A stretch of DNA of 64,000 nucleotides from a virus (lineage: Duplodnaviria > Caudoviricetes): IMG/VR virus record IMGVR_UViG_3300027708_000015; one strand, written 5' to 3'. A model generated the notes under the pieces. That model was given only the letters and a program-made list of their open reading frames with translations, was not told the DNA's origin and ran no database searches. Position numbers and translations under genes: made by a program. Below are positions 17,311 to 28,078 of this stretch, in pieces (the stretch's first letter is position 1; each line of letters begins with the position of its first letter).

Positions 17311-19500
17311 ATGACATACACAGTTTCATTTACTGACTCAACAAATCCTGCCAAACCTCCGATTACAGTTGCAGACGGTGCGCTAAACAATCAAACCAGT
17401 TTGTCACTGGTAGGTCAAAATTATTCAGGATATGGGCCTGTAATAGCAGGAAACTTTTTACATCTGTTAGAAAATTTTGCCAGTGGTATTGCTCCTATCA
17501 ATCCTGTTCAAGGACAATTATGGTACGACACCAATGTAAATTCCAACATACTTAGAGTATACAACGGAACTCAATGGATAGAAGCAGGAGCACTGAAAAA
17601 AGCCACAGCAGCCAATCAACCTAGTGTTTCGGCCAGTGTAGCAGGAGACCTATGGGTCGACACTACCAACAGTCAACTTTATCTATTTTCAGGTGCAAGC
17701 TGGTTATTGGTTGGTCCCACATACAGTGCAGGATTGCAAACAGGTCCAATAGTAGAGTCTATAGTTGATACTTCGAACATAAGCCACCCAGTTATTTCGA
17801 TGTATGTAACTAGTACAACAGACAATATATCTTATCGACTTGCAATAATAAGCAAAGACGCATTTACTCCCAAGTCTAGCATCATCGGATATCAAACAAT
17901 CAAAGAAGGTGTAAACTTATATTCAAACAGTTTAACCAAAGATTCCGCCACTATCTGGGGAACTGCTGACGTGGCCAACAATTTACTGGTTGGTTCCAGC
18001 ACAGTGCCAGCGGCAAATTTTTTAAGATCGGATGTAACCAGCACTTCAAACAGTGTTCTAAATATTAGAAATGCAGGCGGCTTGAGTATAGGAAATGATC
18101 TCAGTTTCAATATTTCACAAGGCCCAACGGCCTTTACGCTATTTTCTAAAAATACCACAAGCAGTATTGAATTCAGTGTAAACGGAAGTACGCTGTTACA
18201 TTTAGATCCATCTGGATATGTGGGCGTGGGTGCAGGAAATACATCCCCTGCCACCGCTCTCAGCGTAGCAGGAGTTGTAACTTCGGGTATAGCAGGTGCA
18301 CCTGGCGGACTGATAGTGACTGATGGAGCAAGTCCTATACCAACTACAGTGTTAACTGTCAGCACTACCGGTGGAATCACCACGTCTCTGAACATGACCT
18401 CTACAGGCAATTTGTCAGTGGGCGGTGTAGTCACAGTTGGATCTGGATCAGCTGGCGGCGCAGTAATATTACCGGCACCTTCAGTTTCGGTTCCGCTATT
18501 TGATATAGGTTCGGCCAGTCAGCCTTTTAGAAACATATATGCCAACACATTTACCGGCAGTTTTACCGGAACATTCGTTGGCTCAGTAACAGGTAATGCC
18601 AGCGGCACCGCTACCGCACTACAAAATCCTACACAATTTTCCATTACTGGCGACGTAATTACCACTGCTCCAATCAATTTTACTGGAAATTCAGGACCAG
18701 CTACATTAACTACCTTGGTCAGCAACACAATGATTTCGGGAAAGACGGCAGCTACCGGAGCCAGTGCAACAGATCAAATGTTGGTATTGCAAACAAATGC
18801 CAACACTTCAAATCTAGTCAGCATGACAAGACAGACTTTTCTATCCGGGGTAGGCATTTTTGCAATACCGGCTGGAGTTATGATGCCGTTTGCTGGCCCA
18901 GTGTCTGCAATTCCTGTGGGATGGTTGTTATGTGATGGCAGTGAGATCAGCACAGCTACATACAATCAATTGTTTTTAGCGATAGGGTTTGTGTACAAGG
19001 CACAAATAAATCTATCGGGCGTAAACACGTTTGCTCTTCCGGATATGAGGGGTCGCATGCCGTTGGGATTAACCAACATGAACAACTATGGAAACATTCC
19101 TGGATTTACTCAAGCTGTCAACAGTAGTGGACAAACGGTTAATACAGGCGGCCAGCGCGGCACAGTGACAGGAGTGATAACACAAAGTGCAAATCAAACT
19201 CCAGCATCTATACTAGGAGCGGTTGGTGGATCCGACGGAACAGTACTATCAGTTGGCCAGATTCCCCAGCACAAACATAAACTAAGTACTACCAATGCTC
19301 AATACTATGCTCCGGGTGTAAATGGAGGATCTCCAGACACTAATGCTTCTCAAGGATACAGCATACCGCCAGGCGGAACAGGTTACGGATTGACCAATAC
19401 CGGAGATATGACAACTGGTGGTGCCGGTGATAGTGTAAACTTGATAAATCCTTTTATGGCAGTTAACTATATAATCTTTACTGGTGCAGGACTAAGCTAA
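17311..19500 (+). CDS. Short tail fibre-like protein with phage tail-collar domain
   Basis: IPAGVMMPFAGPVSAIPVGWLLCDGSEIS...YNQLFLAIG...FALPDMRGRMPLG is a clear tail-collar domain; C-terminal HKH and NPFMAVNYII motifs. Confidence 0.85.
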   Translation: MTYTVSFTDSTNPAKPPITVADGALNNQTSLSLVGQNYSGYGPVIAGNFLHLLENFASGIAPINPVQGQLWYDTNVNSNILRVYNGTQWIEAGALKKATAANQPSVSASVAGDLWVDTTNSQLYLFSGASWLLVGPTYSAGLQTGPIVESIVDTSNISHPVISMYVTSTTDNISYRLAIISKDAFTPKSSIIGYQTIKEGVNLYSNSLTKDSATIWGTADVANNLLVGSSTVPAANFLRSDVTSTSNSVLNIRNAGGLSIGNDLSFNISQGPTAFTLFSKNTTSSIEFSVNGSTLLHLDPSGYVGVGAGNTSPATALSVAGVVTSGIAGAPGGLIVTDGASPIPTTVLTVSTTGGITTSLNMTSTGNLSVGGVVTVGSGSAGGAVILPAPSVSVPLFDIGSASQPFRNIYANTFTGSFTGTFVGSVTGNASGTATALQNPTQFSITGDVITTAPINFTGNSGPATLTTLVSNTMISGKTAATGASATDQMLVLQTNANTSNLVSMTRQTFLSGVGIFAIPAGVMMPFAGPVSAIPVGWLLCDGSEISTATYNQLFLAIGFVYKAQINLSGVNTFALPDMRGRMPLGLTNMNNYGNIPGFTQAVNSSGQTVNTGGQRGTVTGVITQSANQTPASILGAVGGSDGTVLSVGQIPQHKHKLSTTNAQYYAPGVNGGSPDTNASQGYSIPPGGTGYGLTNTGDMTTGGAGDSVNLINPFMAVNYIIFTGAGLS

Positions 19501-20840
19501 TGACATATTCAATTCTTTTAACCAATGGTACTACACTAGTACCCGGTGGCTTGGCCAATGCTACTATCAATCAAACCACTACCGATTTGACCTTGATCGG
19601 ACAAAACACCTCGGGCTACGGCACATATATCAATCAGAATTTTGTTAAATTATTAGAAAATTTTGCCAATACAAGTCAGCCAAATCATCCTCTCAAGGGA
19701 CAGTTGTGGTATGATACTAGTCAAAATTTGTTACAAATTTATAATGGCAATCAATTTACTCCAACTGGAAATACTATCGTAGCTGATTCAGCCCCCAGCG
19801 GACTGACCACAGGAGGATTATGGATCAATAGTAAAACCAGTCAACTGTACTTTAACGATGGCACACAAACTACCCTAGCCGGACCAGCTTACACAAGACA
19901 GCAGGGACTATCTGGATTTATTGTCAGTTCAGTGCTTGACACATTGAATGTCAGCCATACCATTGTGTCTCTTTATGTTGCCAATACACTGATGGGTATT
20001 TTTGCCAAGGAATCATTCGTTCCAGCATCAGCCATTACAGGTTTTACTGATACAGTTACAATCAACGCCTACCAAACACGTACAATATTAACAGTAGAAT
20101 CTGCCTCGGCTAATACATTGATAGTAGGTCAAACAATAACTGGTGACGGAGTATTACCAAATACAATTATCACCAGCTTGACAGTCAATGGTGTGACAGC
20201 TAACGGCGGCGTGGGGCAATACCTAGTAAGTACCAATGCCATAGTAACCTCTACAACTATGACCGCAGTGTATGGTACTTTGCAAATCGGGTTTAATGTC
20301 AGCACTTATGGAGGCATCAAATTCAATGTTCCAGTAAGTCAAGCCAACTATTTGTTATCGCCCACTGACGGTTCTTTGAAGAACGCTAATAGTTTTTTAT
20401 CAACTACGTCGGCCTCTCAGACTACTGGCACAATCTCTATAGCTAATTCGGCAGTTGATAGTGTTGGGTCGACACCACAATTGGTGCTAGGCCAATCGGG
20501 ATATACACAAATTAACACTACTTACAGTGCATTTGAAATAAAAAGTAAGATAGCTAATCAGGATTTTCAAGTCACTTTAAACCCTGCCAATAATGCTACC
20601 CAAGCATTTTATATCAACGGCACTGTTTTACGAGTTGGAATCAACGGATTTAATGCCAGTAATCTGCCGCAGGCCACACTGGATGTCAACGGTTCCTTTA
20701 GAGTCGCTCCGGGCAATGTTCCACTGCACTATAATTCAACGGGTGTGCAAGGACAAATTGCATGGGATTCAGGATTTATCTATGTTTGTATTGCAACAAA
20801 TACCTGGGCTCGAGCACCGCTTACAAGCGTTTCTTGGTAA
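19500..20840 (+). CDS. Tail fibre-like protein, paralogue of 17311-19500
   Basis: Shares the LxLIGQNxxGYG...NFxxLLENFA...GQLWYD N-terminal module; ends with GQIAWDSGFIYVCIATNTWAR. Confidence 0.7.
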   Translation: MTYSILLTNGTTLVPGGLANATINQTTTDLTLIGQNTSGYGTYINQNFVKLLENFANTSQPNHPLKGQLWYDTSQNLLQIYNGNQFTPTGNTIVADSAPSGLTTGGLWINSKTSQLYFNDGTQTTLAGPAYTRQQGLSGFIVSSVLDTLNVSHTIVSLYVANTLMGIFAKESFVPASAITGFTDTVTINAYQTRTILTVESASANTLIVGQTITGDGVLPNTIITSLTVNGVTANGGVGQYLVSTNAIVTSTTMTAVYGTLQIGFNVSTYGGIKFNVPVSQANYLLSPTDGSLKNANSFLSTTSASQTTGTISIANSAVDSVGSTPQLVLGQSGYTQINTTYSAFEIKSKIANQDFQVTLNPANNATQAFYINGTVLRVGINGFNASNLPQATLDVNGSFRVAPGNVPLHYNSTGVQGQIAWDSGFIYVCIATNTWARAPLTSVSW

Positions 20841-20853
20841 CAGCTTAAAATAT

Positions 20854-20861
20854 GATAAATA
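20854..20861 (+). promoter_or_regulatory. T4-like late promoter motif (GATAAATA)
   Basis: Intergenic, upstream of 20888. Confidence 0.55.
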
Positions 20862-20887
20862 CACTGAAATAAGGATGAGCGACTACC

Positions 20888-22363
20888 ATGTCATATACAA
20901 TTAATCATTATAACGGCACTTTGTTGGCTACTGTAGCAGATGGCACAGTTGATACAAGTACTAATCTTACGCTAGTAGGCAAAAACTATGCCGGCTATGG
21001 TCAAGCGCAAAACGACAATTTTGTCTGGTTGTTAGAAAATTTTGCCAATACTTCAAGTCCAGCAAATCCACTAGCTGGACAAATTTGGTTTGACAGCGGT
21101 AACAAGAAATTAAAATTTTGGGACGGAGCAAAATTCCGTATTGCTAGCGGAGCAGAAACTGGAACCACGGCACCTTCCGGACTAACGCTGGGCGATTTTT
21201 GGTTCAACACTCAGAGCAATCAGTTGTATGCATGGACTGGCACTACCTTTACTTTAATTGGACCTCAACAAGTGGTAGGTGCTGGGACAACTCAGATGCA
21301 ATCTGTTAGTGTACTTGATGTTAATAATGTAAGTCATGCTATTATACAAGGTGTTGTTAACGGCCAAACAGTTTTTACTATTGCAGGAAGTGATGCACCA
21401 TTCAACTTAAACTCTACTACAAATCCAATTACAGGATTTGATATAATACAGCAAGGGTTAACATTGCAGTATACTATCAACGCCAATAACGGTGTAACAT
21501 CGGGCAGTCAACGGTTCTGGGGAACGGCAACCAATGCAGAAAAACTAGGCGGTCATAGTATTAGCGAGTTCGTGCTGAATACAGGAACCCCGCAGTTTAC
21601 CTCTCTAGTTAATTTTAGCGATACAGGATTTACAATAGGTAGTCCTATTTCCAAGCTGGCTATATATAATGCAGGCCAAACGACTCCTACCATACAAAAT
21701 ATTAATGGCACTACAATACAATTTCAAACACTGGTCAACGGATCGACAGTAACTCCGTTGATATTGAATGGTAATAGTGCTACTCCTGGAAATACAATAG
21801 CTAATTTAGGATCAGCACAGTTACCGTGGGCCAACGTGTACGGTACTTATCATTGGGGTACAGCCCAGCAGGCTGATGCTCTAAACGTAAACAATGTGTA
21901 TGTAACCGCAAGCACATCATCCACTCCCGGAACAATCGTAGCTAGAGATAGCAGTTCAAATATTTACGCTAATTTGTTCAACGGTACTGCAACTTCAGCA
22001 CAGTATGCTGACTTGGCAGAAAAATATTTGCCAGATGCTGAATATCCAACAGGTACAGTTGTAAGTGTTGGTGGTGATCAGGAAATAACTGCTGCCACAG
22101 ATGGTGATAGAGCTATTGGTGTAATTTCTGCTAATCCAGCATATATGATGAACAGCGATCTTGAAGGCGGTGTTTATGTTGCATTGAAAGGACGAGTTCC
22201 GGTATTTGTAGTAGGTCCAATTAGCAAAGGTCAGTATTTGATATCTTGCGGAACTGGTATGGCCACCGCGGCAAATGACAGTTCAACTCCTGGAATTTTT
22301 GCTGTTAGTTTAGAAAACAGTAATCATGACGGAGTCAAACTTGTAGAATGTGTGATTCTGTAA
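20888..22363 (+). CDS. Tail fibre-like protein with C-terminal intramolecular chaperone/autocleavage-like domain
   Basis: Same N-terminal module; C-terminal AQYADLAEKY...GTVVSVGG...IGVISANPAY...VALKGRVPV is typical of a fibre C-terminal chaperone domain. Confidence 0.75.
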   Translation: MSYTINHYNGTLLATVADGTVDTSTNLTLVGKNYAGYGQAQNDNFVWLLENFANTSSPANPLAGQIWFDSGNKKLKFWDGAKFRIASGAETGTTAPSGLTLGDFWFNTQSNQLYAWTGTTFTLIGPQQVVGAGTTQMQSVSVLDVNNVSHAIIQGVVNGQTVFTIAGSDAPFNLNSTTNPITGFDIIQQGLTLQYTINANNGVTSGSQRFWGTATNAEKLGGHSISEFVLNTGTPQFTSLVNFSDTGFTIGSPISKLAIYNAGQTTPTIQNINGTTIQFQTLVNGSTVTPLILNGNSATPGNTIANLGSAQLPWANVYGTYHWGTAQQADALNVNNVYVTASTSSTPGTIVARDSSSNIYANLFNGTATSAQYADLAEKYLPDAEYPTGTVVSVGGDQEITAATDGDRAIGVISANPAYMMNSDLEGGVYVALKGRVPVFVVGPISKGQYLISCGTGMATAANDSSTPGIFAVSLENSNHDGVKLVECVIL

Positions 22364-22364
22364 A

Positions 22365-22372
22365 AATAAATA
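22365..22372 (+). promoter_or_regulatory. T4-like late promoter motif (AATAAATA)
   Basis: Intergenic, upstream of 22392. Confidence 0.5.
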
Positions 22373-22391
22373 ACAAACAAAGGGATATTCA

Positions 22392-23492
22392 ATGCCAAAT
22401 ATAGCCGCTAACGACTATAATGCTATTCAGGGGTTAGTTGCCGGACGATTAGGCACCGGTATTAATACATATGGTCAGACACTTTACAGCGCACAAGTGT
22501 CAACTTCTGGAAACATTACAGCACAACAGTGGCAGGCTCTTCTAACTGATATAGCCGCTCTAAACTATCACCAACTAAATGCCGGTCCGCAGTACAATGG
22601 ATCACCATTAACTGTGCCTTCAAATGGCACTGGTGTATCGATAACGATTGGTACGACTACTTATACCAATGCTCCGCCTGCAGTAAAAATTAAAGAATCA
22701 GATCGTGCGGCATATCTTGCAGTGGCAAATGCGCTGGTGAATATCAATCCATCTACAGTTTCAGCTATAAGTTATCCGGGCGCCTTTACTACTAATATTA
22801 ATGCGGCACAACGAACTACCGTTGCCGCAGGTTCTTTTATTGCACCCAGTATTAGAACAGGCAGTGTTTCTCCTTGGGGAAGCACTATCAACGGAACAGC
22901 TCAAGCTAGTCCGGGAGGTCAACAATTGATTAGTATGATTGTTACACTCACGTTTCCAGATGCACTATCTGCTCAATATTATTTTAATACAGGCGGATCT
23001 ATTCTAGTATCAGGTAATGCCACTGCCGGACAGACAGCAATTTCAAATACCAAAGATTATTCCTGGCAAGTTTTATTGTCCAACATGGGCAATGTTGTTT
23101 TTAATTATACCGGCACTGCTTCGTCAGCTAGCAACGGCGTTGGAACTCCTTATGGCTGGAGTTATTTTAACGCGAATAGAAATACAACCAAAACAATTTA
23201 TACCATAACCACATCGTCATCGTTATATGCTCCTAATCAAGCTGATATACTGTGTAATCTAAATTCTACCGGCACTGTACTTACATTCACACTGGAGCTT
23301 CAAGATTTATCCACAGCAATTACTAAAGTTGCTAGCGGTGCGTCACCGGGTGATACACTGTTATATTCTATTGATACACCTGTAACAGCCACTATCTCTA
23401 CCGGAATGACTATTTCATACGCTTCGGGAAATTATGTGTCAACTAGTGCATACTTGCCAGTGCCTGTGATCACTACGCCTCTCACTGCATAA
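22392..23492 (+). CDS. Virion structural protein (paralogue pair, copy 1)
   Basis: Shares DYNxIQ, WxALxxDI, DRAAYLA, YxFNxG motifs with the next ORF; preceded by AATAAATA. Confidence 0.55.
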   Translation: MPNIAANDYNAIQGLVAGRLGTGINTYGQTLYSAQVSTSGNITAQQWQALLTDIAALNYHQLNAGPQYNGSPLTVPSNGTGVSITIGTTTYTNAPPAVKIKESDRAAYLAVANALVNINPSTVSAISYPGAFTTNINAAQRTTVAAGSFIAPSIRTGSVSPWGSTINGTAQASPGGQQLISMIVTLTFPDALSAQYYFNTGGSILVSGNATAGQTAISNTKDYSWQVLLSNMGNVVFNYTGTASSASNGVGTPYGWSYFNANRNTTKTIYTITTSSSLYAPNQADILCNLNSTGTVLTFTLELQDLSTAITKVASGASPGDTLLYSIDTPVTATISTGMTISYASGNYVSTSAYLPVPVITTPLTA

Positions 23493-23510
23493 GTACAAAA
23501 AGAGGATCAT

Positions 23511-24506
23511 ATGGCAGCTGGACAAGGTTCAAAAATACAAGATACTGACTATAATACTATTCAGGCAATAGTATATAATATTTTATACAATGTATATGGC
23601 CAGAGAGATCTAAATACAGTAACACTCAACGGCGGAACAGGCCAAGTAACAAATTCTACAAATTTTAGATCTGATACTCCTACCACTGTTGCGCGAGCCC
23701 CGCAGTGGAATGCTCTTCAAAACGATATAAATCGAATACAACGACACATATACAATACTGTACCTAGTCTTACCACAGACACTACCACTGTCAGTATTGG
23801 TGAAGCTGACAGAGCCGCATATTTAGCCGCTGCCACAGCACTTAATAGTTCGACCATTTGGTATGGATATCCGGCCGATGCAGTCACCCCAGCCACAGTT
23901 GGCGGCACCAATCGAAGTTTAGTCCCAGCACTAAAAACAGCAGTACACATAGTGAATATTCCGTTTGCCAGCACCACCGCTGCCACATATTTTTTCAATG
24001 CAGGTAGTAAAATTACTATAGCATCGTCATTGACCCCTCAAGCATCAGGTCTACCAGGCGACTTTGGAACTCTGAATACTGACTGGGTAAACCTATTGGC
24101 TATTTCAGGAACCTTGTCATTTACTAGGAATACAACAACATGTGACACTTCTCCCAGTTATGTAACTAATACAAATTTTGGATTTGTCGATGTAACCAGT
24201 TCAGAGACTACCATTTTTACTAGAAACATTGCTGACAATCTGTATACTGGCGGAAGTGCTGACAGGTATTATATAACTGTAAAATATGTGGGATCGACAT
24301 TGACATTTACTAGTTATTTCACCAATACATATACTAGTACAGGTTATGCTACGCCTGGATCAACTCAACCCAGTCCTGCAGTGAACTATCCAATAACTGG
24401 GACGTTGTACAACACTGTTACTGCCTACTATGCAACTGGATCAAATGTATCAGTCAGCGGATATTATCCTGCTGCCAATATTACAGATACATTCAACGTT
24501 GTTTAA
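23511..24506 (+). CDS. Virion structural protein (paralogue pair, copy 2)
   Basis: DTDYNTIQ, WNALQNDI, EADRAAYLA, TYFFNAG match the upstream ORF. Confidence 0.55.
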   Translation: MAAGQGSKIQDTDYNTIQAIVYNILYNVYGQRDLNTVTLNGGTGQVTNSTNFRSDTPTTVARAPQWNALQNDINRIQRHIYNTVPSLTTDTTTVSIGEADRAAYLAAATALNSSTIWYGYPADAVTPATVGGTNRSLVPALKTAVHIVNIPFASTTAATYFFNAGSKITIASSLTPQASGLPGDFGTLNTDWVNLLAISGTLSFTRNTTTCDTSPSYVTNTNFGFVDVTSSETTIFTRNIADNLYTGGSADRYYITVKYVGSTLTFTSYFTNTYTSTGYATPGSTQPSPAVNYPITGTLYNTVTAYYATGSNVSVSGYYPAANITDTFNVV

Positions 24507-24529
24507 TCAAATTAATTAATTCTAATCGC

Positions 24530-24558
24530 TTGACAAGCTAATTACTATAGTGTAACAT
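24530..24558 (+). promoter_or_regulatory. Sigma70-like promoter (TTGACA-N17-TAACAT)
   Basis: TTGACA at 24530-24535, 17-nt spacer, TAACAT at 24553-24558, in the intergenic gap before 24579. Confidence 0.6.
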
Positions 24559-24578
24559 AGTACATTACGGAGTCATTC

Positions 24579-24929
24579 ATGGACGAGAGAATTGAAAAAG
24601 CATTTGCGGTAGCCAACTATTCAGCTACCTTATCAAATCAACGAAGAATTATTTCAGAGGAATATCAGCAAAAACTGGTATACTATGCCAATGGCGCAAC
24701 ATTCAAAGTTTCTCCAGACCTAATTGCATTTATCAAAACAGTTCTAGATTTGGGGCACACATCAGATATACCATTTTTAGATGCTAATAATTTTCCTGTA
24801 GTTATTGAAAACGTTCAGGAATTTTTAGATAATATAGTTTCTGTATACTTTGAAGCTCTAAACGAATACACAGTAAAATATTCAGAGATCAAAAAGAAAA
24901 GAAAGATAGCTGACATAGTTGAACTATGA
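24579..24929 (+). CDS. Hypothetical protein heading the glycosyltransferase block
   Basis: 116-aa ORF with GGAG RBS, overlapping the next start (ATGA). Confidence 0.6.
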   Translation: MDERIEKAFAVANYSATLSNQRRIISEEYQQKLVYYANGATFKVSPDLIAFIKTVLDLGHTSDIPFLDANNFPVVIENVQEFLDNIVSVYFEALNEYTVKYSEIKKKRKIADIVEL

Positions 24930-25774
24930 CCACAGGTGCATTGATATTCGCCCAGAATAACAAAGTTGTTGACTATGTCAAACTGGCAGTATTTGCGGCT
25001 AGTCGTGTTGACCAATACTTGGGCATCCCTGTTAGTCTAGTAACAGATGATAGCATTTGGCTAGAAAAAAATTATCCCGACCACAAATTCAGCTCTGTTA
25101 TTCAACTAGAGCATGCCACTATGGCGCAGAGCAGAAGATTTAATGATGGTACTATAGCAAGTAATTTTGTTGAATGGAAAAATTGGACACGGAGTCAAGT
25201 TTATGATCTTACGCCCTACGATCGCACACTGGTACTAGACAGCGATTATGTTTTAAATTCTAAAGTATTAAAAACTGCACTAGACAATGATCACGATTTT
25301 CAAATATATCGTGACAGTTTCGATCTGGCACTAGAAAGAGATACTAGAGATTTTGTTCGTATCAATCCTTACAGTGTTCCTTTCTATTGGGCCACAGTTT
25401 TTATATTCAATAAAACAGCGTTAACAGAAAGTTTCTTTGTGTTAGTAGAGTATATAAAAAACAATTGGATTTATTTTAGGACCTTGTACAATATCAATGC
25501 GCAGACGTATAGAAACGATTTTGCATTCAGCATTGCAATACACATAATGAATGGAAAAACAGCAGGCGATTTTGCTACAGAACTTCCGGGGAAAATGGTT
25601 TATATCAGTGATCGTGATTTGTTGCTAGATGCCAAAGAAGATAAAATGAATTTTCTAGTACAGAAGCATAAATTTTATGGTGAATATACTGCTGTTAAAA
25701 CTTCAGGCATTGATATTCATGTTATGAATAAATTCAGTCTAAGTAGATATATTTCTGGGGAATCTGGTGTCTAA
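24926..25774 (+). CDS. GT-A fold glycosyltransferase (GT8/mannosyltransferase-like)
   Basis: YDLTPYDRTLVLDSDY DxD motif, WATVFIF and YRNDFAFSIA motifs. Confidence 0.7.
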   Translation: MTTGALIFAQNNKVVDYVKLAVFAASRVDQYLGIPVSLVTDDSIWLEKNYPDHKFSSVIQLEHATMAQSRRFNDGTIASNFVEWKNWTRSQVYDLTPYDRTLVLDSDYVLNSKVLKTALDNDHDFQIYRDSFDLALERDTRDFVRINPYSVPFYWATVFIFNKTALTESFFVLVEYIKNNWIYFRTLYNINAQTYRNDFAFSIAIHIMNGKTAGDFATELPGKMVYISDRDLLLDAKEDKMNFLVQKHKFYGEYTAVKTSGIDIHVMNKFSLSRYISGESGV

Positions 25775-26606
25775 AGGATTTGTCGTATTTGCACAAAACA
25801 CACAAAAGACAGACTATGTCAAACAGGCCTATGCACTGGCATTGAGTATCAAACACAGTCAATCTACAACAACTTTGGTATCAATAGTTACTAATGATCC
25901 TGTTCCTAAAAAATATCACAAAGTATTCGATCAAATAATTCCTATTCCCTGGTTCACAACAGCAGGTGATAGTCCGTTGGCCGCGGAGCATCGTTGGAAA
26001 TTATATCACTGTACTCCGTATGACGAGACAATTGTATTAGACACTGATATGCTGTTGCTAGAAGATATTTCAGAATGGTGGCATTATTGTAGGAATTATG
26101 ATGTTAAATTTTGCTCACGTATAAAGAATCACAAACTTGATTCAGTAGTTGACAACATACACAGAAAAGCATTTGTAGCGAACAAACTTACTAATCCTTA
26201 TTATGCTCTACACTATTTCAAGAAGAATGATAAAGCATTGGAATTTTATCGTGTGCTAGAATTTGTATGCAACAATTGGCAATGGTGTTGGACTACGTTT
26301 GCTCCCGACTTTTACCAAAATTGGTTAAGTATGGATCTAGCTGTGGCTGTGACAATTGAAATCGTAGGAGAGTATAATTACACAGTTGACTCGTGTAGTC
26401 CTTTAGAATTTATACACATGAAAATCCCATTGCAAGATTGGCCTGCTAGTGCAGACAGATGGCAGGATACAGTACCTTGGATTTTAAATAATCAAGGGGA
26501 GCTGATAGTTTCTAATATTAAACAAACTAAATTATTTCACTATGTGGAAAAAGACTTTGTAACAGCGTCTATACTGAAGCAATTGGAAAAACTAAATCAT
26601 GTCTAG
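25767..26606 (+). CDS. GT-A fold glycosyltransferase, paralogue of 24926-25774
   Basis: TPYDETIVLDTDML DxD motif; same IFAQN...DYVKxA N-terminus; FIHMK and FHYVEK motifs. Confidence 0.7.
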   Translation: MSKGFVVFAQNTQKTDYVKQAYALALSIKHSQSTTTLVSIVTNDPVPKKYHKVFDQIIPIPWFTTAGDSPLAAEHRWKLYHCTPYDETIVLDTDMLLLEDISEWWHYCRNYDVKFCSRIKNHKLDSVVDNIHRKAFVANKLTNPYYALHYFKKNDKALEFYRVLEFVCNNWQWCWTTFAPDFYQNWLSMDLAVAVTIEIVGEYNYTVDSCSPLEFIHMKIPLQDWPASADRWQDTVPWILNNQGELIVSNIKQTKLFHYVEKDFVTASILKQLEKLNHV

Positions 26607-27189
26607 CAAATACATAATACCTCCAAAACAACAGTATTGGGCTCACTACAATAAGACAACAGGCGTAATCCGCAGTGCATCAAACGAGCCAACCACCCTG
26701 GATGAAGGTAGTATTGAGATTACCTATGACGAATACAAGTTATTTGCTGAAGGTCAGAAAAAATTACATGAGCATATGATAGGTTATGCTAGAACAGTGG
26801 ATGGTACTACACAAAAAACTATAATACAAATAGCCGAACAACTGTATGGATTTAGGAACAATATATTTGAATGGATCAATGAACCTCCTACTCGAAATAC
26901 CGAACTAACAGTGACTTGGAATAGACAAGCAAAAACATGGAATTTTACACTGAGCAAAAAGGCTAAAAAAAGAATAGCCAATGATCTGTTAACTAAGACA
27001 ATATTTTTCATCATGCTTAACAATGATTTTGATTTTTTGATACGCAATATTGTTATAGATGTATCTGAGTTGGTAGAGAAAGAAAGTATAACAGTGCCGT
27101 TTGAAAGCAAGATAGAAACAAATATTGAAAAGATCTCAGTGTCGTGCCAGATATTATTTCAAGGTTATGGATTAAAAATAAATGGATAA
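26599..27189 (+). CDS. Hypothetical protein within the glycosyltransferase block
   Basis: 196-aa ORF overlapping both neighbours. Confidence 0.6.
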   Translation: MSSKYIIPPKQQYWAHYNKTTGVIRSASNEPTTLDEGSIEITYDEYKLFAEGQKKLHEHMIGYARTVDGTTQKTIIQIAEQLYGFRNNIFEWINEPPTRNTELTVTWNRQAKTWNFTLSKKAKKRIANDLLTKTIFFIMLNNDFDFLIRNIVIDVSELVEKESITVPFESKIETNIEKISVSCQILFQGYGLKING

Positions 27190-28078
27190 AATTAAAATTA
27201 TAGAACAAGATATTATTTTTCTCAGCTATGACGAACCTAATGCTGAAAAAAATTATGCAGATTTATTAGCCAAAGTGCCATGGGCTAAACGTGTACACGG
27301 AGTTAAAGGTAGTGATGCCGCCCACAAAGCCTGCGCCAAACTAAGCGAAACAGAATACTTTGTTACTGTAGACGCAGATAACATTGTAGATCCCAAGTTT
27401 TTAGAAGTAGAAATTGATCTGGATGAATTGGGTCTGACTAAGGAAAATGTTTTCAGTTGGTGCGGCAAGATTCATGTCAATGGACTCATGTATGGTAACG
27501 GTGGCCTTAAACTATGGACACGTAAGTTTGTTAACGAAATGCGCACTCACGAAAATTCTGTAGTAGATGATGTAAAGGGTAGAGTAGAATTTTGTTTTGA
27601 TGATCGTTACTATCAATTCAATGACAATTATTCAGAGAGCTATACCAATGCAACACCATTTCAAGCATGGCGGGCAGGATTCCGTGAAGGTGTTAAGATG
27701 AGTCTTAATCAGGGAATAAAAACAAATGATGTAAAAAAAGTGTGGTGGCAAAATTATCATAGGCTACTTGTTTGGTGCACAGTTGGAGCAGATGTTGAAC
27801 ATGGTGTTTGGTCAATATTGGGAGCAAGAGAAGGGTGTTACATGACCATGTTTACAGATTGGGATTATGCCAATGTTAGAGATTTTGAATGGTTGACAAA
27901 TCATTGGGAAACTACTCATGAGCAAGCAGAGCCAGAAAAAATTACAGAATATATAAATTTTCTAGGCAAGTATCTTATGAAACATAGTGAGTTAGAAATT
28001 GCCAACCTAGATCCAGCCGGTAGTAAGTTCTTCAAGACAGTGTATCAAAACACTCCTAGGATTTTAAGAAGAAGATAA
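27182..28078 (+). CDS. GT2-like glycosyltransferase
   Basis: DIIFLSYDE N-terminal strand, FVTVDADN DxD motif, YGNGGLKLW and AWRAGFREGVK motifs. Confidence 0.7.
   Translation: MDKIKIIEQDIIFLSYDEPNAEKNYADLLAKVPWAKRVHGVKGSDAAHKACAKLSETEYFVTVDADNIVDPKFLEVEIDLDELGLTKENVFSWCGKIHVNGLMYGNGGLKLWTRKFVNEMRTHENSVVDDVKGRVEFCFDDRYYQFNDNYSESYTNATPFQAWRAGFREGVKMSLNQGIKTNDVKKVWWQNYHRLLVWCTVGADVEHGVWSILGAREGCYMTMFTDWDYANVRDFEWLTNHWETTHEQAEPEKITEYINFLGKYLMKHSELEIANLDPAGSKFFKTVYQNTPRILRRR

Noticed and set aside
13432-22363. Diversity-generating retroelement acting on the fibres
   Set aside because: No reverse transcriptase, and no near-identical template/variable repeat pair differing at adenines is visible in the window.
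613-23998. Many 60-180 aa minus-strand ORFs inside the structural genes (and plus-strand ORFs inside the minus-strand genes from 28997 on)
   Set aside because: They are antisense or alternate-frame shadows of long, well-formed genes, with no RBS, motifs or operon context.
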